From Candidatus Limnocylindria bacterium (GTDB lineage Bacteria > Chloroflexota > Limnocylindria > P2-11E), in the NCBI GenBank assembly GCA_041496945.1, contig JBGQFO010000004.1, forward strand, positions 1 to 55,607: 55,607 nucleotides of DNA, read 5' to 3'. A model generated the notes under the pieces. That model had not been told where the DNA came from. It was given only the letters and a program-made list of their open reading frames with translations, and ran no database searches. The position numbers and the translations under genes were made by a program. Positions 41,793 through 50,542 of this stretch are shown here, one piece after another (positions within the stretch are counted from its first letter, which is position 1; each line of letters opens with the position of its first letter).

Positions 41793-43789
41793 CCTCGGAC
41801 CGGAGCCTCCGCGCGAGAGATGCGCGCGACGAGGATGGCCACGTACCCGTAGAGCGACCACACGATGATGAGGACGAGCGCGATGGGCCAGCCGCTCATC
41901 GCGGGCCAGAGCTGCGCGAAGAAGAGCGGCAACCCGGTCTGCGTCGAAGCCTCCGCGCGGCCGACGACCGGCCCCTCGTTCAATCCCGGTACGAGGATCC
42001 CGGCACGCTGGACGTAGAGCTGCTCGTCGCCGGTCACGCTGATCGTCGCGAGTGCGCTGGATGGCGCGAATGTGTCATCGCCGCTGAAGCCGATGCGAAT
42101 CTCCTGCGCGCCCGTCGTCTCGAGGTCGAAAGCGAAGTCGACCAGACCGGTCTTGTCGGTCACGAGCTGGTCCAGGAGGACGCGACCGCTCGAACCGAGG
42201 AAGCCCAGGCTCGCGGTGACCTTGAGCGTCGCGCCGACCACCGGCGCGCGCTTCGCGTCGACGAGACGCGCTTGGCCCTGGATCGGCTGGCCGATGGCCG
42301 CGTGCGCCGGCAGCGCGACGGCGATCTGCGTAGCGACTCGGTCGTCCGCGCCGGCCTGCGCGCCGAAGAAGAGACCGAACCCCGTGCCCGCGACCATGAG
42401 CAGCGCCGCGATCACCGCGCCGGCCGCGCGGACCCGGCTCGGGCCGCCCTGCGCCGCAGCCGGCTGCGGCTCCGGACCGCGATGCTCGATGACCTCCCAG
42501 ATCGAGATGACCGGGAAGAGCTTCGTGAACACGGTGATGATCAGAGCGAAGAGCGCGAACGCACCCGCAAGGATCGACCACTCCACCCAGGTCGGCGTGT
42601 AGTCGGACGGCGCGTAGGGCATGAGCGGGACGCGGAATCCGGTCACGACGATGAGGTAGCGCTCGATCCACATGCCGACGAGAGCGAGGGCCGCTGCGGC
42701 AGTGATCCCGGCTATCGTTCGCGTGCGCGGGTTCAGGATGATGAGGCCCGGCAGGACGATGCTGCCAAGGATGTAGAACCAGAAGAGCGGCCAGAAGGGG
42801 CCGGTCATGAGCTGCGCGAAGTGGAAGGGCACGCCCTCTTCGAGCTTGTAGCCCTCGACGGCGTATTCCTGCAGGTTGAAGTACCCCATGATCAGAGTGA
42901 ACGCCGCGAGCAGATACCCGAGGCCCTTGAACTGCGTGATGGTGATGAAGACCTCGAGATGAAGGATGCGGCGGAGCACCGCCATGAGCACGATGATCGC
43001 GGCGATGCCCGAGTAGATCGCGCCGGCGACGAAGAACGGACCGAACACCGTCGTGTTGAGCGGCACGCGGAGCGTCATCGCGAAGATCCACGAGACGACC
43101 GTGTGCACCGACACGGCGACGGGGATGATGATGATCATCATCACGGTCATCGCCTTGTCGAGCGCCTTCCGCTGCGACGGCGTGCCGTGGAAACCGACGG
43201 CCGCGGTGGTGAACAGGAATCGCTGCACGCGATTCGCGCCTGGTCCCAGGCGGTCACGCGCGAGCGCGAAGTCCGGGATCAGCGGAAGCAGCAGGTACAG
43301 GGTCGAGCCCGTGAGGTACGTGAGGATCGCGAGGATGTCCCAGATGAGCGGGGACTGCCAGCGGCCGTACTGGATCAGGTTGAGGAACCGCTCCGGGTGG
43401 CCCATGTCGATGAAGGGGAACAGCGCTCCGACGATCAGCGCGACCACCGTGATGAGCTCGGCCATGCGCGTGATCGAGAGCTGCCAGCGCGCCTTCGCCG
43501 CGCGCAGGATCGCCGAGAGCAGCGTCCCCGCGTGGCTGATCCCGATGAAGAAGACGAAGCTCGCGATGTACACGCCCCACGAGATGCGGTCGCGCATGCC
43601 CGTGACGATCAGCCCGTCGCCGAGCTGGGTGGACCACGCGTACAGGCCCCAGCCGAGGACGGCGAGAAGGCCGACGACCCAGATCAGGTAGCGGCGGCTC
43701 GTCCGCTCGAGCGGCGCGAGCGCGAGTCGCTCGAGGTTGGCTCGCCACTCGGGCGCGACGTTCGAGGCGGGGTGCTCTAGCGCTTCCAC
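41789..43789 (-). CDS. NrfD/ActC-like quinol-interacting membrane subunit fused to a C-terminal Ig-like domain, 666 aa
   Basis: WGVYIASFVFFIGISHAGTLLSAIL, SITRMAE, DMGHPER, SPLIWD, VHTVVSW, FVAGAIYSG, then a beta-rich domain with FSGDDTFAPS and a final TM. Confidence 0.88.
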   Translation of the reverse strand: MEALEHPASNVAPEWRANLERLALAPLERTSRRYLIWVVGLLAVLGWGLYAWSTQLGDGLIVTGMRDRISWGVYIASFVFFIGISHAGTLLSAILRAAKARWQLSITRMAELITVVALIVGALFPFIDMGHPERFLNLIQYGRWQSPLIWDILAILTYLTGSTLYLLLPLIPDFALARDRLGPGANRVQRFLFTTAAVGFHGTPSQRKALDKAMTVMMIIIIPVAVSVHTVVSWIFAMTLRVPLNTTVFGPFFVAGAIYSGIAAIIVLMAVLRRILHLEVFITITQFKGLGYLLAAFTLIMGYFNLQEYAVEGYKLEEGVPFHFAQLMTGPFWPLFWFYILGSIVLPGLIILNPRTRTIAGITAAAALALVGMWIERYLIVVTGFRVPLMPYAPSDYTPTWVEWSILAGAFALFALIITVFTKLFPVISIWEVIEHRGPEPQPAAAQGGPSRVRAAGAVIAALLMVAGTGFGLFFGAQAGADDRVATQIAVALPAHAAIGQPIQGQARLVDAKRAPVVGATLKVTASLGFLGSSGRVLLDQLVTDKTGLVDFAFDLETTGAQEIRIGFSGDDTFAPSSALATISVTGDEQLYVQRAGILVPGLNEGPVVGRAEASTQTGLPLFFAQLWPAMSGWPIALVLIIVWSLYGYVAILVARISRAEAPVRG

Positions 43790-44649
43790 GTCGTCGCGCC
43801 TTTCACCAGTCGCTGCCAGGGCCAGACCGTCGGCAGCCGTCCCTTCTTTGTCGCGCTCCGGCCCACGAGCTCGCCGTGACCGGCGATGTAGTGCACGCGC
43901 GGCTCGGTGCCGAGCTCCTCCTTGAGCCGGTACGCGTTGTTGTCCGCCAGGAACCTCGAGAGCTTCACGACCTCGAACCGGTTGGTCGCGAGGTCCTCCT
44001 CCAGATCGCCGTAATAGATCGCCCCGTTGGGGCAGCCCTGCGCGCAGAACGGCACCCGTCCGGCGCGGGCGACGTCGGGGCAGAAGTCGCACTTCATGAC
44101 CGTCCCGCGGATCGCGGGCGACTGATGCTCGACGTTGTATTCCATGAACAGTGCCTCGGCGGGTATCGGCGCGTTCCCCCAGTTGAAGAAGCGGCGGTCG
44201 TAGGGGCACGCCTCCATGCACAGGCGGCAGCCGATGCAGCGTTGCTGATCGATCAGCACGGTGCCCTCGGGCGTTGAGAACGTCGCCGCGACCGGGCAGA
44301 CATTCACGCACGGCGGGTTCTGGCACTGCTGGCACGGTGTTGGCAGGAATTGCGTGGCCCGGCCCTCTCGGTCGAGCGGCGCCTCGTAGACCTGGATCCA
44401 CTCCATCGGCTCGGGCGCGAAGTGGCCCTCGATGCAGGCCTGGGTGCATTGCGGCGGCTTCCCGATGGATTGGCAGCCATCGCATTTCCGCAGGTCGATA
44501 GCCATGCTCCAGCGGCGCAAACGGCCCTTCTTCGCGGGCGCGCTCGACGCCGAACCGGAGACGCTGCTCGCGCCGACCTGGGTGAGGCCCGCGGCTGCGA
44601 TGCCCGCGCCGAGGAGCCGGAGCAAGCCCCTACGCGGTACTCCCGACAT
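43777..44649 (-). CDS. TAT-exported 4x[4Fe-4S] NrfC/DmsB-like ferredoxin subunit, 290 aa
   Basis: PRRGLL TAT signal and 16 Cys in four groups (CDGC-x8-CTQAC; CQQC..PPCVNVC; CIGCRLCMEAC; CDFC...CAQGC). TACGGT sits 7 nt before the ATG. Confidence 0.92.
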   Translation of the reverse strand: MSGVPRRGLLRLLGAGIAAAGLTQVGASSVSGSASSAPAKKGRLRRWSMAIDLRKCDGCQSIGKPPQCTQACIEGHFAPEPMEWIQVYEAPLDREGRATQFLPTPCQQCQNPPCVNVCPVAATFSTPEGTVLIDQQRCIGCRLCMEACPYDRRFFNWGNAPIPAEALFMEYNVEHQSPAIRGTVMKCDFCPDVARAGRVPFCAQGCPNGAIYYGDLEEDLATNRFEVVKLSRFLADNNAYRLKEELGTEPRVHYIAGHGELVGRSATKKGRLPTVWPWQRLVKGATTWKR

Positions 44650-44816
44650 GGAAGTGACCGTACGGGAGGGGCAATCGCCGACCACAGGGTCGTACGGCCC
44701 ATCTCCAAGGGACGAACGGCTACCGCGACACCGGCCGGTCACGCCCGCGCGGCACCGCCGTACCATCACCCCGCCGTCGTCACGGGCGGTAAGGGGAGAG
44801 GGCGATCAGCAGCACG

Positions 44817-46226
44817 GTGGCGATCACGCGCACGCCAGTCGTGTCCGCGCGCGACGCGGAGCGCGCGCTTCGCACCGCCCTCTCGCGTGGTGGCGGCTGG
44901 GCCGAGCTCTTCTGGGAGCGACACGAGACCCTGCAGCTCGTCCTCGACGACGGCCGCATCGAAGATGCGATCTCCGGTGTCGATCAGGGCGCGGGTGTGC
45001 GCGTCAGCGACGGCGAGCGCACCACGTATGCGAACGGCAATGTCACGGATCTCGACGATGTGATGTCGCTCGCGGGACGGGCCGCCGCGGGCGTGTCCGA
45101 AGGCGGCGATCTGCACGACGCCGCGCGGCTCATGCCGGACGAGCCTGCGCGGCCGCACACGGTGGCGATCGATCCGCGCGATGTGCCGGTGGAGCGGAAG
45201 GTCGCTCTGCTGCGCAGGGCGAACGAGGTCGCGCGGGCCCACGATCCGCGCGTGACACAGGTGACCGTCTCGTACTCCGAGAGCGTGCAGGACGTGCTCG
45301 TCGCGAACAGCGATGGCGTGTACCGCGCGGACACCCGCGTTCGTCTGAACTTCATGATCAACGTCGTCGCGAAGCAGGGCGAGATCCTCGAGTCCGGCTT
45401 CGAGGCGGTGCGCGGGACGCGGGGGTTCGAGATGCTCGACGACGACGTCGTCGCCGAGTGCGCCACCGTCGCCGCCGGGCGCGCCTGCCTCAACGTCGGT
45501 GCCGAGCCCGCACCCGCCGGCACGTACACCGTCGTGCTCTCGAGCGACGCCGGCGGCACGCTCATCCACGAATCGGTCGGCCACGGCCTCGAGGCCGATC
45601 TCAACCTAAAGGGCCTCTCCGTGTATTCGGGGCGCATCGGGCAGAAGGTCGCGAGCGAGCTCATCACCGTGGTCGACGACGGACGCGATCCCGGCCAGCG
45701 TGGCACGGCCGCGATGGACGATGAGGGCACGTCCACGAACCGGACGGTGCTCATCGACAAGGGCGTGCTGCGTACGTATCTCTCCGACCGCAAGCACGCC
45801 GACACGCTCGGGATCCCGCGCTCAGGTAACGCGCGCCGCGAGAGCTTCCGCTATCTGCCGATCTGCCGGATGACGAACACGATGATCGAGCGCGGGGAAT
45901 CCGACCCCGAGGAGATCCTGCGCTCGGTGAAGGACGGCATCTTCGTGAAGAAGATGGGGGGCGGCCAGGTCGACGTCGTCTCGGGCAACTTCGCGTTCGA
46001 GATCACCGAGTGCTACCGCATCCGGGATGGCAAGCTGGCGGAGCCGCTGCGCGGCGCGACCCTCGTCGGCGAGGGGCCGAAGCTCATGAGCGAGATCGAT
46101 ATGGTCGGATGGGACCTCGGCTACTCGACGGGCACCTGCGGGAAGGACGGCCAGAGCGCGCCGGTCGCCGACGCGCAACCCACGCTGCGGATCCCCTCGG
46201 TGGTCGTCGGCGGCAAACTCAAATGA
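44817..46226 (+). CDS. tldD: TldD metalloprotease subunit, 469 aa
   Basis: LIHESVGHGLEAD (HExxxH), RRESF..LPICRMTNT, GGGQVD, GTCGKDGQ. Confidence 0.95.
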   Translation: MAITRTPVVSARDAERALRTALSRGGGWAELFWERHETLQLVLDDGRIEDAISGVDQGAGVRVSDGERTTYANGNVTDLDDVMSLAGRAAAGVSEGGDLHDAARLMPDEPARPHTVAIDPRDVPVERKVALLRRANEVARAHDPRVTQVTVSYSESVQDVLVANSDGVYRADTRVRLNFMINVVAKQGEILESGFEAVRGTRGFEMLDDDVVAECATVAAGRACLNVGAEPAPAGTYTVVLSSDAGGTLIHESVGHGLEADLNLKGLSVYSGRIGQKVASELITVVDDGRDPGQRGTAAMDDEGTSTNRTVLIDKGVLRTYLSDRKHADTLGIPRSGNARRESFRYLPICRMTNTMIERGESDPEEILRSVKDGIFVKKMGGGQVDVVSGNFAFEITECYRIRDGKLAEPLRGATLVGEGPKLMSEIDMVGWDLGYSTGTCGKDGQSAPVADAQPTLRIPSVVVGGKLK

Positions 46227-46345
46227 GAACGAGCGACGAGCGGTTCATCCGCGAGGAGCGAGTCCGGCTCGCGAGTGACAACGAGCGGTTGAGCAGGAGT
46301 GACAACGAGCGGTTGAACGGTGTGTTCGTGAGGCGAGGCGCGTGA
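46223..46345 (+). CDS. Putative 40-aa small ORF with repeated SD(N)ER(L/F) motif
   Basis: MRTSDERFIREERVRLASDNERLSRSDNERLNGVFVRRGA. The ATG overlaps the tldD stop (ATGA) and the stop overlaps the pmbA start (GTGA). Confidence 0.5.
   Translation: MRTSDERFIREERVRLASDNERLSRSDNERLNGVFVRRGA
46273..46316. repeat. Direct repeat, 20 bp x2 (period 24), with a degenerate copy at about 46231-46247
   Basis: GAGTGACAACGAGCGGTTGA at 46273-46292 and 46297-46316. Confidence 0.9.
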
Positions 46346-46362
46346 GCGCCCGCCTCACGAAC
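46324..46362 (+). promoter_or_regulatory. Hairpin with the pmbA start codon in its loop
   Basis: GTTCGTGAGGCG-A-GGCGC-[GTGA]-GCGCC-CGCCTCACGAAC: 12+5 bp stem, and the loop is the GTG/TGA overlap. Confidence 0.7.
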
Positions 46363-47694
46363 GATGAGGTCGTCGAGCGCGCGCTGGCGTCGCTACGCGG
46401 TGCGGGCGTCCGCACAGCCGAGGTCTTCCTGCGCGATGCGCTGTCCGGCTCGGTCGAGACGAAGGACGGCGCGATCGAGAACGTCATCGCACGCGGCGAG
46501 CGCGGCCTGGGCGTCCGCGTCCTCGACGATGAGCGCATGGGGTTCGCGCACTCATCCGACCTGGCCAGCGCGGGCATCGAGGCGGTCGTGGATCAGGCGC
46601 GCCGCATGGCGAGGATCACGGAGCCAGATGCGGATCTGGGCATCGCGAGCGGGACCCTGACGGTCGCTGACCTGTCGATCTTCACCCCTGGTCTGGAGGA
46701 GCGGCCGCTTGCGCAGCGCGGCGCGATCGCGCTCGCGGTCGAGAAGGCGGCGCGCGACGCGGACCCGCGGGTGACCCACTTCCGCAAGACGACCTACAGC
46801 GACGCGGAGATCACGACCATCATCGCGACGACCACGGGCGTCCGTGCCTCGTACCGGGAGAGCCACTGCGGAGCGATGACCAGCCCGGTCGCGACGCAGA
46901 ACGGCGAGCGCCAGATCGGCTACCACGGCGAGGGCGCTCGCCGGCTGACCGATCTCGACCCCGCGCGCATCGGCGGCCGCGCGGCGAAGCGGGCTGTCGA
47001 GAAGCTCGGCGCGCGGCCGTTCCCCACCCAGAAGCTGCCCGTGGTGCTCGACCCATGGATGGCGATGAGCCTGCTTGGGGCGATCGCGCCGCTCTTCTCC
47101 GCGGACAACGTCCTGAAGGGCCGCAGCCTCTTCGCGGGCAGGATCGGCGCCCTTGTCGCGAACGAGCGCGTCACCATCGTGGACGACGGCCGGCGACGGG
47201 GCGGCCTGCGCAGCGCGCCGTTCGACGGCGAGGGCATCCCGACGACAACGCGCACGCTCGTCGAACGCGGGGTCCTTCGGAGCTATCTGACGAACATCAA
47301 GACCGGGCGCAAGCTCGGAGCCTCGTCGAATGGGAATGCCCGGCGCGGGTCGTACGCCTCCCCCAGCCGCATCGGACCGTCGAACTTCTACGTTGAGCAA
47401 GGCGTGGACGATCCGCCGGCAATGGTGCGGTCCCTGGAGCGCGCGCTCTCCATCACCAGCCTGCTCAACCTTCACACCATCGATCCGGTCTCAGGCGAGT
47501 TCTCGCTCGGTGCCACCGGCACCTATCTCGAGAAGGGCGCACCCGTCCACCCGGTGCAGGGCATCACCATCGCCGGCAACCTCACGCACCTGCTCTCCTC
47601 CGTGACCGGCGTCGGCACCGACCTCACCTTCGGACCGAGCGGCCTGGGCAGCCCCACGCTGCTCATCGCCGAGCTCTCGATCGGGGGCACCTGA
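46342..47694 (+). CDS. pmbA: PmbA/TldE subunit, 450 aa
   Basis: ERGLGVRV, SAPFDGEG, GNARRG, TIDPVSGEFS, ITIAGNL. It has no HExxxH. Confidence 0.93.
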   Translation: MSARLTNDEVVERALASLRGAGVRTAEVFLRDALSGSVETKDGAIENVIARGERGLGVRVLDDERMGFAHSSDLASAGIEAVVDQARRMARITEPDADLGIASGTLTVADLSIFTPGLEERPLAQRGAIALAVEKAARDADPRVTHFRKTTYSDAEITTIIATTTGVRASYRESHCGAMTSPVATQNGERQIGYHGEGARRLTDLDPARIGGRAAKRAVEKLGARPFPTQKLPVVLDPWMAMSLLGAIAPLFSADNVLKGRSLFAGRIGALVANERVTIVDDGRRRGGLRSAPFDGEGIPTTTRTLVERGVLRSYLTNIKTGRKLGASSNGNARRGSYASPSRIGPSNFYVEQGVDDPPAMVRSLERALSITSLLNLHTIDPVSGEFSLGATGTYLEKGAPVHPVQGITIAGNLTHLLSSVTGVGTDLTFGPSGLGSPTLLIAELSIGGT

Positions 47695-48647
47695 TGCTCT
47701 GGCAGACGCTCCTCCACGGCGATCCGATGCCGTGGCTCCTCGAGAAGTCTGACCCAGCGGTCCGCGCGCTCACGCTCCGGCAGCTGCTGGATCGCGGGCC
47801 GCGCGATGCCGAGCTGCGCGAGACGCAGCAGCGCGCGATGAGCTCGCCGCCGATATCCACGCTCCTCAAACGCCAACGGACGGATGGGAGCTGGCCTGGG
47901 CCGAACATCTACCAGCCGAAGTACGAGGGCACGCATTGGTCGAACCTGTTGCTCATCGAGTACGGCGCCGATGCAGGCGATCCGCGGGTGAGGCGCGCCG
48001 CGCGACGCGTGCTCGAGGACGTCACGGATCCCGCGAAGAGCGGCATGGGCTGGGTCTTCGAGCGCGACCACGGCGCGTCCTGCTTCGTCGGCAACGTGGT
48101 GCGCTACGTCTCGCTCGCGGGATTCGGCGCCGACGCCCGTCTCGAGCCGCTCGTCCAGCGTCTGGTCCGTGAGTCGAAGAAGTACGACGCGGCCTGCGTG
48201 ATAAACGGCGACGATCCGTGCGCCTGGGGCTATGCCCGTCTCATCTGGGGCCTCGCGGCACTGCCGGAGGGGGCGCGCACGCGTGAGGTGGAGCGCACCC
48301 TGCGCCGCGGCGTGGAGTTCCTCCTCAGCTACAAGCTCGACCGCGGCCGCTATCCCACGGCCACCGAGCCCTCCTATCTCTGGCGCCAGCTCTCGTTCCC
48401 GCTCTTCTATCAGGCGGACGTGCTCTTCGTGCTCCGCGCGATCGATGCCGCCGGCGAGATCGACGACCCGCGCGCGCAGCCCGCGATCGCGTGGCTCCTC
48501 GCGCGCCAGGACGAGCGCGGGCGCTGGGCCGGCCGCGCGCCGTACGCCGACCGCATGGCCTCGCGCATCGACGCGTCGAAGTGGGTCACCCTGCAGGTGC
48601 TCACGCTCCTGAAGCACGCGTTCTCGCCGGACGAGAACGCTTCCTAG
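47694..48647 (+). CDS. Prenyltransferase/squalene-oxidase-repeat (alpha/alpha toroid) protein, 317 aa
   Basis: QW-like repeats LKRQRTDGSW and LARQDERGRW, PKYEGTHW, FPLFY..D, SKWVT. TGATG overlap with pmbA. Confidence 0.7.
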   Translation: MLWQTLLHGDPMPWLLEKSDPAVRALTLRQLLDRGPRDAELRETQQRAMSSPPISTLLKRQRTDGSWPGPNIYQPKYEGTHWSNLLLIEYGADAGDPRVRRAARRVLEDVTDPAKSGMGWVFERDHGASCFVGNVVRYVSLAGFGADARLEPLVQRLVRESKKYDAACVINGDDPCAWGYARLIWGLAALPEGARTREVERTLRRGVEFLLSYKLDRGRYPTATEPSYLWRQLSFPLFYQADVLFVLRAIDAAGEIDDPRAQPAIAWLLARQDERGRWAGRAPYADRMASRIDASKWVTLQVLTLLKHAFSPDENAS

Positions 48648-48668
48648 CGTCTAGGCTTCGGCCAGCGC

Positions 48669-49622
48669 ATGGCTCGGAGCCGCGTCCTCAAGGACATCCC
48701 CCCACTCCGTTTCGGCGAAGGCCGCGACTGCACGCTGCCCGCGTGCCTCGCGATCGCCGGCGGAGCCGACTACGACTGGGTCATGGGCGTCTCCGGCGCG
48801 GCGTTCAGCGCGACCATCGACGCGGCGACGTGGGACCCGCTCGCCGCGGCGCCGCTCGACGACGCGACCCTCGCGCGCGGCGCGCAGGCGCTGGGCATGA
48901 AGGCGGACGTGGTCGGTCCGCCCTTCGACGAGGAGATGCGTGCGCTGGTGCTCGACCGGGTCGCGGAGTCGATCGAGAGCAAGAGCGCGCCGCTGGTCAA
49001 GGGCATCGCCGGCCCGCCGGAATACGGGCTCATCGTCGGCTACGACGAGGTCGGGCCGACGTTCCTCGCGCGCACCTACTTCGATAAGAGCGACAAGCCG
49101 AACAAGATGGATTGGAGCGCGTTCGCGGACGCCGAGCACGGCCTCGTCGCCTTTCTCGACACCGGGACGGTCCCCGATCGCGGGGCGCTGGCGCGCTCGG
49201 CGGTGGCGCACGCGGTCGCGACGGCGCCGCTCGCGGAGGAGGCGCTGCGGGCGTGGCTCGAGGGCCTGCGCGATGACGCCCGTTGGTCGGATACGAAGCA
49301 CGCCGGTGCCGCGGCGTTCGGCGATCACGCGATGCGGACGATCCTCGCGGACAAGCGACGAGCGGCTGCGCGATTCCTCCGCGGTGTCCGGAGCATCTTC
49401 TCGACCGCCCCCGGGGCCGACCTCCTGCGCGCCGCGGAGTCGTACGGATTCGTGGTCGACGCCTGCGCGAAGATCGGGGTCGGGACGTTCGACGGCTCGG
49501 TCGCGCTTCGCTTCCTCGACATCGGGCATCGCCGTTCCTGGGCCAAACAGCTCGAGGCGATCATCGGACACGAGCGCGAGGCACTAGACGCGCTCGCGGC
49601 CGCGAAGGAGGCGATGCGCTGA
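48669..49622 (+). CDS. Hypothetical protein, BtrH-N / C39-like fold possible, 317 aa
   Basis: RDCTLPACL...DWVMGVSGAAF...PEYGLIVGYD pattern. The expected catalytic His is not evident. Confidence 0.5.
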   Translation: MARSRVLKDIPPLRFGEGRDCTLPACLAIAGGADYDWVMGVSGAAFSATIDAATWDPLAAAPLDDATLARGAQALGMKADVVGPPFDEEMRALVLDRVAESIESKSAPLVKGIAGPPEYGLIVGYDEVGPTFLARTYFDKSDKPNKMDWSAFADAEHGLVAFLDTGTVPDRGALARSAVAHAVATAPLAEEALRAWLEGLRDDARWSDTKHAGAAAFGDHAMRTILADKRRAAARFLRGVRSIFSTAPGADLLRAAESYGFVVDACAKIGVGTFDGSVALRFLDIGHRRSWAKQLEAIIGHEREALDALAAAKEAMR

Positions 49623-50410
49623 ACGACATTGCGGCGGCCGTGATCTTGGGTTTGGTGCAGGGCCTCACCGAATTCCTTCCGGTGTCCTCGACCGCGCACC
49701 TCATCCTCGTCACCGGCGCGCTCGGTCTGGATCCCGACCGCTTCGGGCTGTCCTTCGACGTGGCGCTGCACCTCGGGACCGCGCTCGCGGTCCTCCTCTA
49801 CTTCGCGCGCACCTGGCTGGGCCTCGTGCGCGACGTGCTCGCGCGTCGCTGGCGCATGCCGGTCCTGGTGGTCGTGGGGACGCTGCCCGCCGCCGTCGCC
49901 GGTGTGCTGCTCGAGAGCGCCGTCGAGAAGACGCTCCGCGCACCGGGCTGGATCGTGCTCGGGCTCGTGGTCGGATCGGTGATCTTCGTGGCGGTGGAGC
50001 GCGTCGCCGATCGCCGGCGCGCCATGAACGAGCTCCGCATCCCGGACGCGCTCCTCATGGGAGCCGCCCAGGCGATCGCGCTGCTGCCCGGCATCAGCCG
50101 GTCCGGCATCACCATCTCCGCCGGCCTGCTGCGCGGGCTCACGCGAGAGGAGGCGACCCGCTTCAGCTTCCTCCTCGCGACACCGGTGATCCTCGGTGCG
50201 GGGGTGAAGACGCTGCTCGACGCGCGCAAGGCGGCCGAGCTCCTGGCATCGCCCGACGTGTTGGCCGTCGGCTTCGGCGTGTCCTTCGTGTCGGGCCTCG
50301 CCGCGGTCGCGTTCCTGGTGCGCTTCCTGCGTACGCATTCGTTGAACTGGTTCGTCGGGTATCGGCTCGTCCTGGCCGTCGTGGTGGCCCTCACGCTCCT
50401 CGTGGCCTAG
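49619..50410 (+). CDS. uppP: Undecaprenyl-diphosphate phosphatase (BacA)
   Basis: GLVQGLTEFLPVSSTAH, HLGT, AQAIALLPGISRSGIT, RFSFLLATP. Start is CTG 49619 or GTG 49640. Confidence 0.95.
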   Translation: MNDIAAAVILGLVQGLTEFLPVSSTAHLILVTGALGLDPDRFGLSFDVALHLGTALAVLLYFARTWLGLVRDVLARRWRMPVLVVVGTLPAAVAGVLLESAVEKTLRAPGWIVLGLVVGSVIFVAVERVADRRRAMNELRIPDALLMGAAQAIALLPGISRSGITISAGLLRGLTREEATRFSFLLATPVILGAGVKTLLDARKAAELLASPDVLAVGFGVSFVSGLAAVAFLVRFLRTHSLNWFVGYRLVLAVVVALTLLVA

Positions 50411-50542
50411 GCGCTCTCCCCGCGTGTAGGGTTTTCACCGTACGCCGCCTGCCGAACGGCCAGCCTTTTGGGTCGCATCGGCCCTACGCCCCTCGCCCCG
50501 GTTGCCTTCTCCTGTCACTAAACGCACGCGAGGAGATCGACC

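Noticed and set aside
44655-44700. CCGTACG motif as an operator shared with the region upstream of 50543
   Set aside because: The copy nearest the FeS gene is explained as its -10 box (TACGGT), and the motif is short and GC-rich.
46231-46316. CRISPR array (also 8451-8495)
   Set aside because: Only 2-3 short repeats, spacers of 4 nt or less, and no cas genes.
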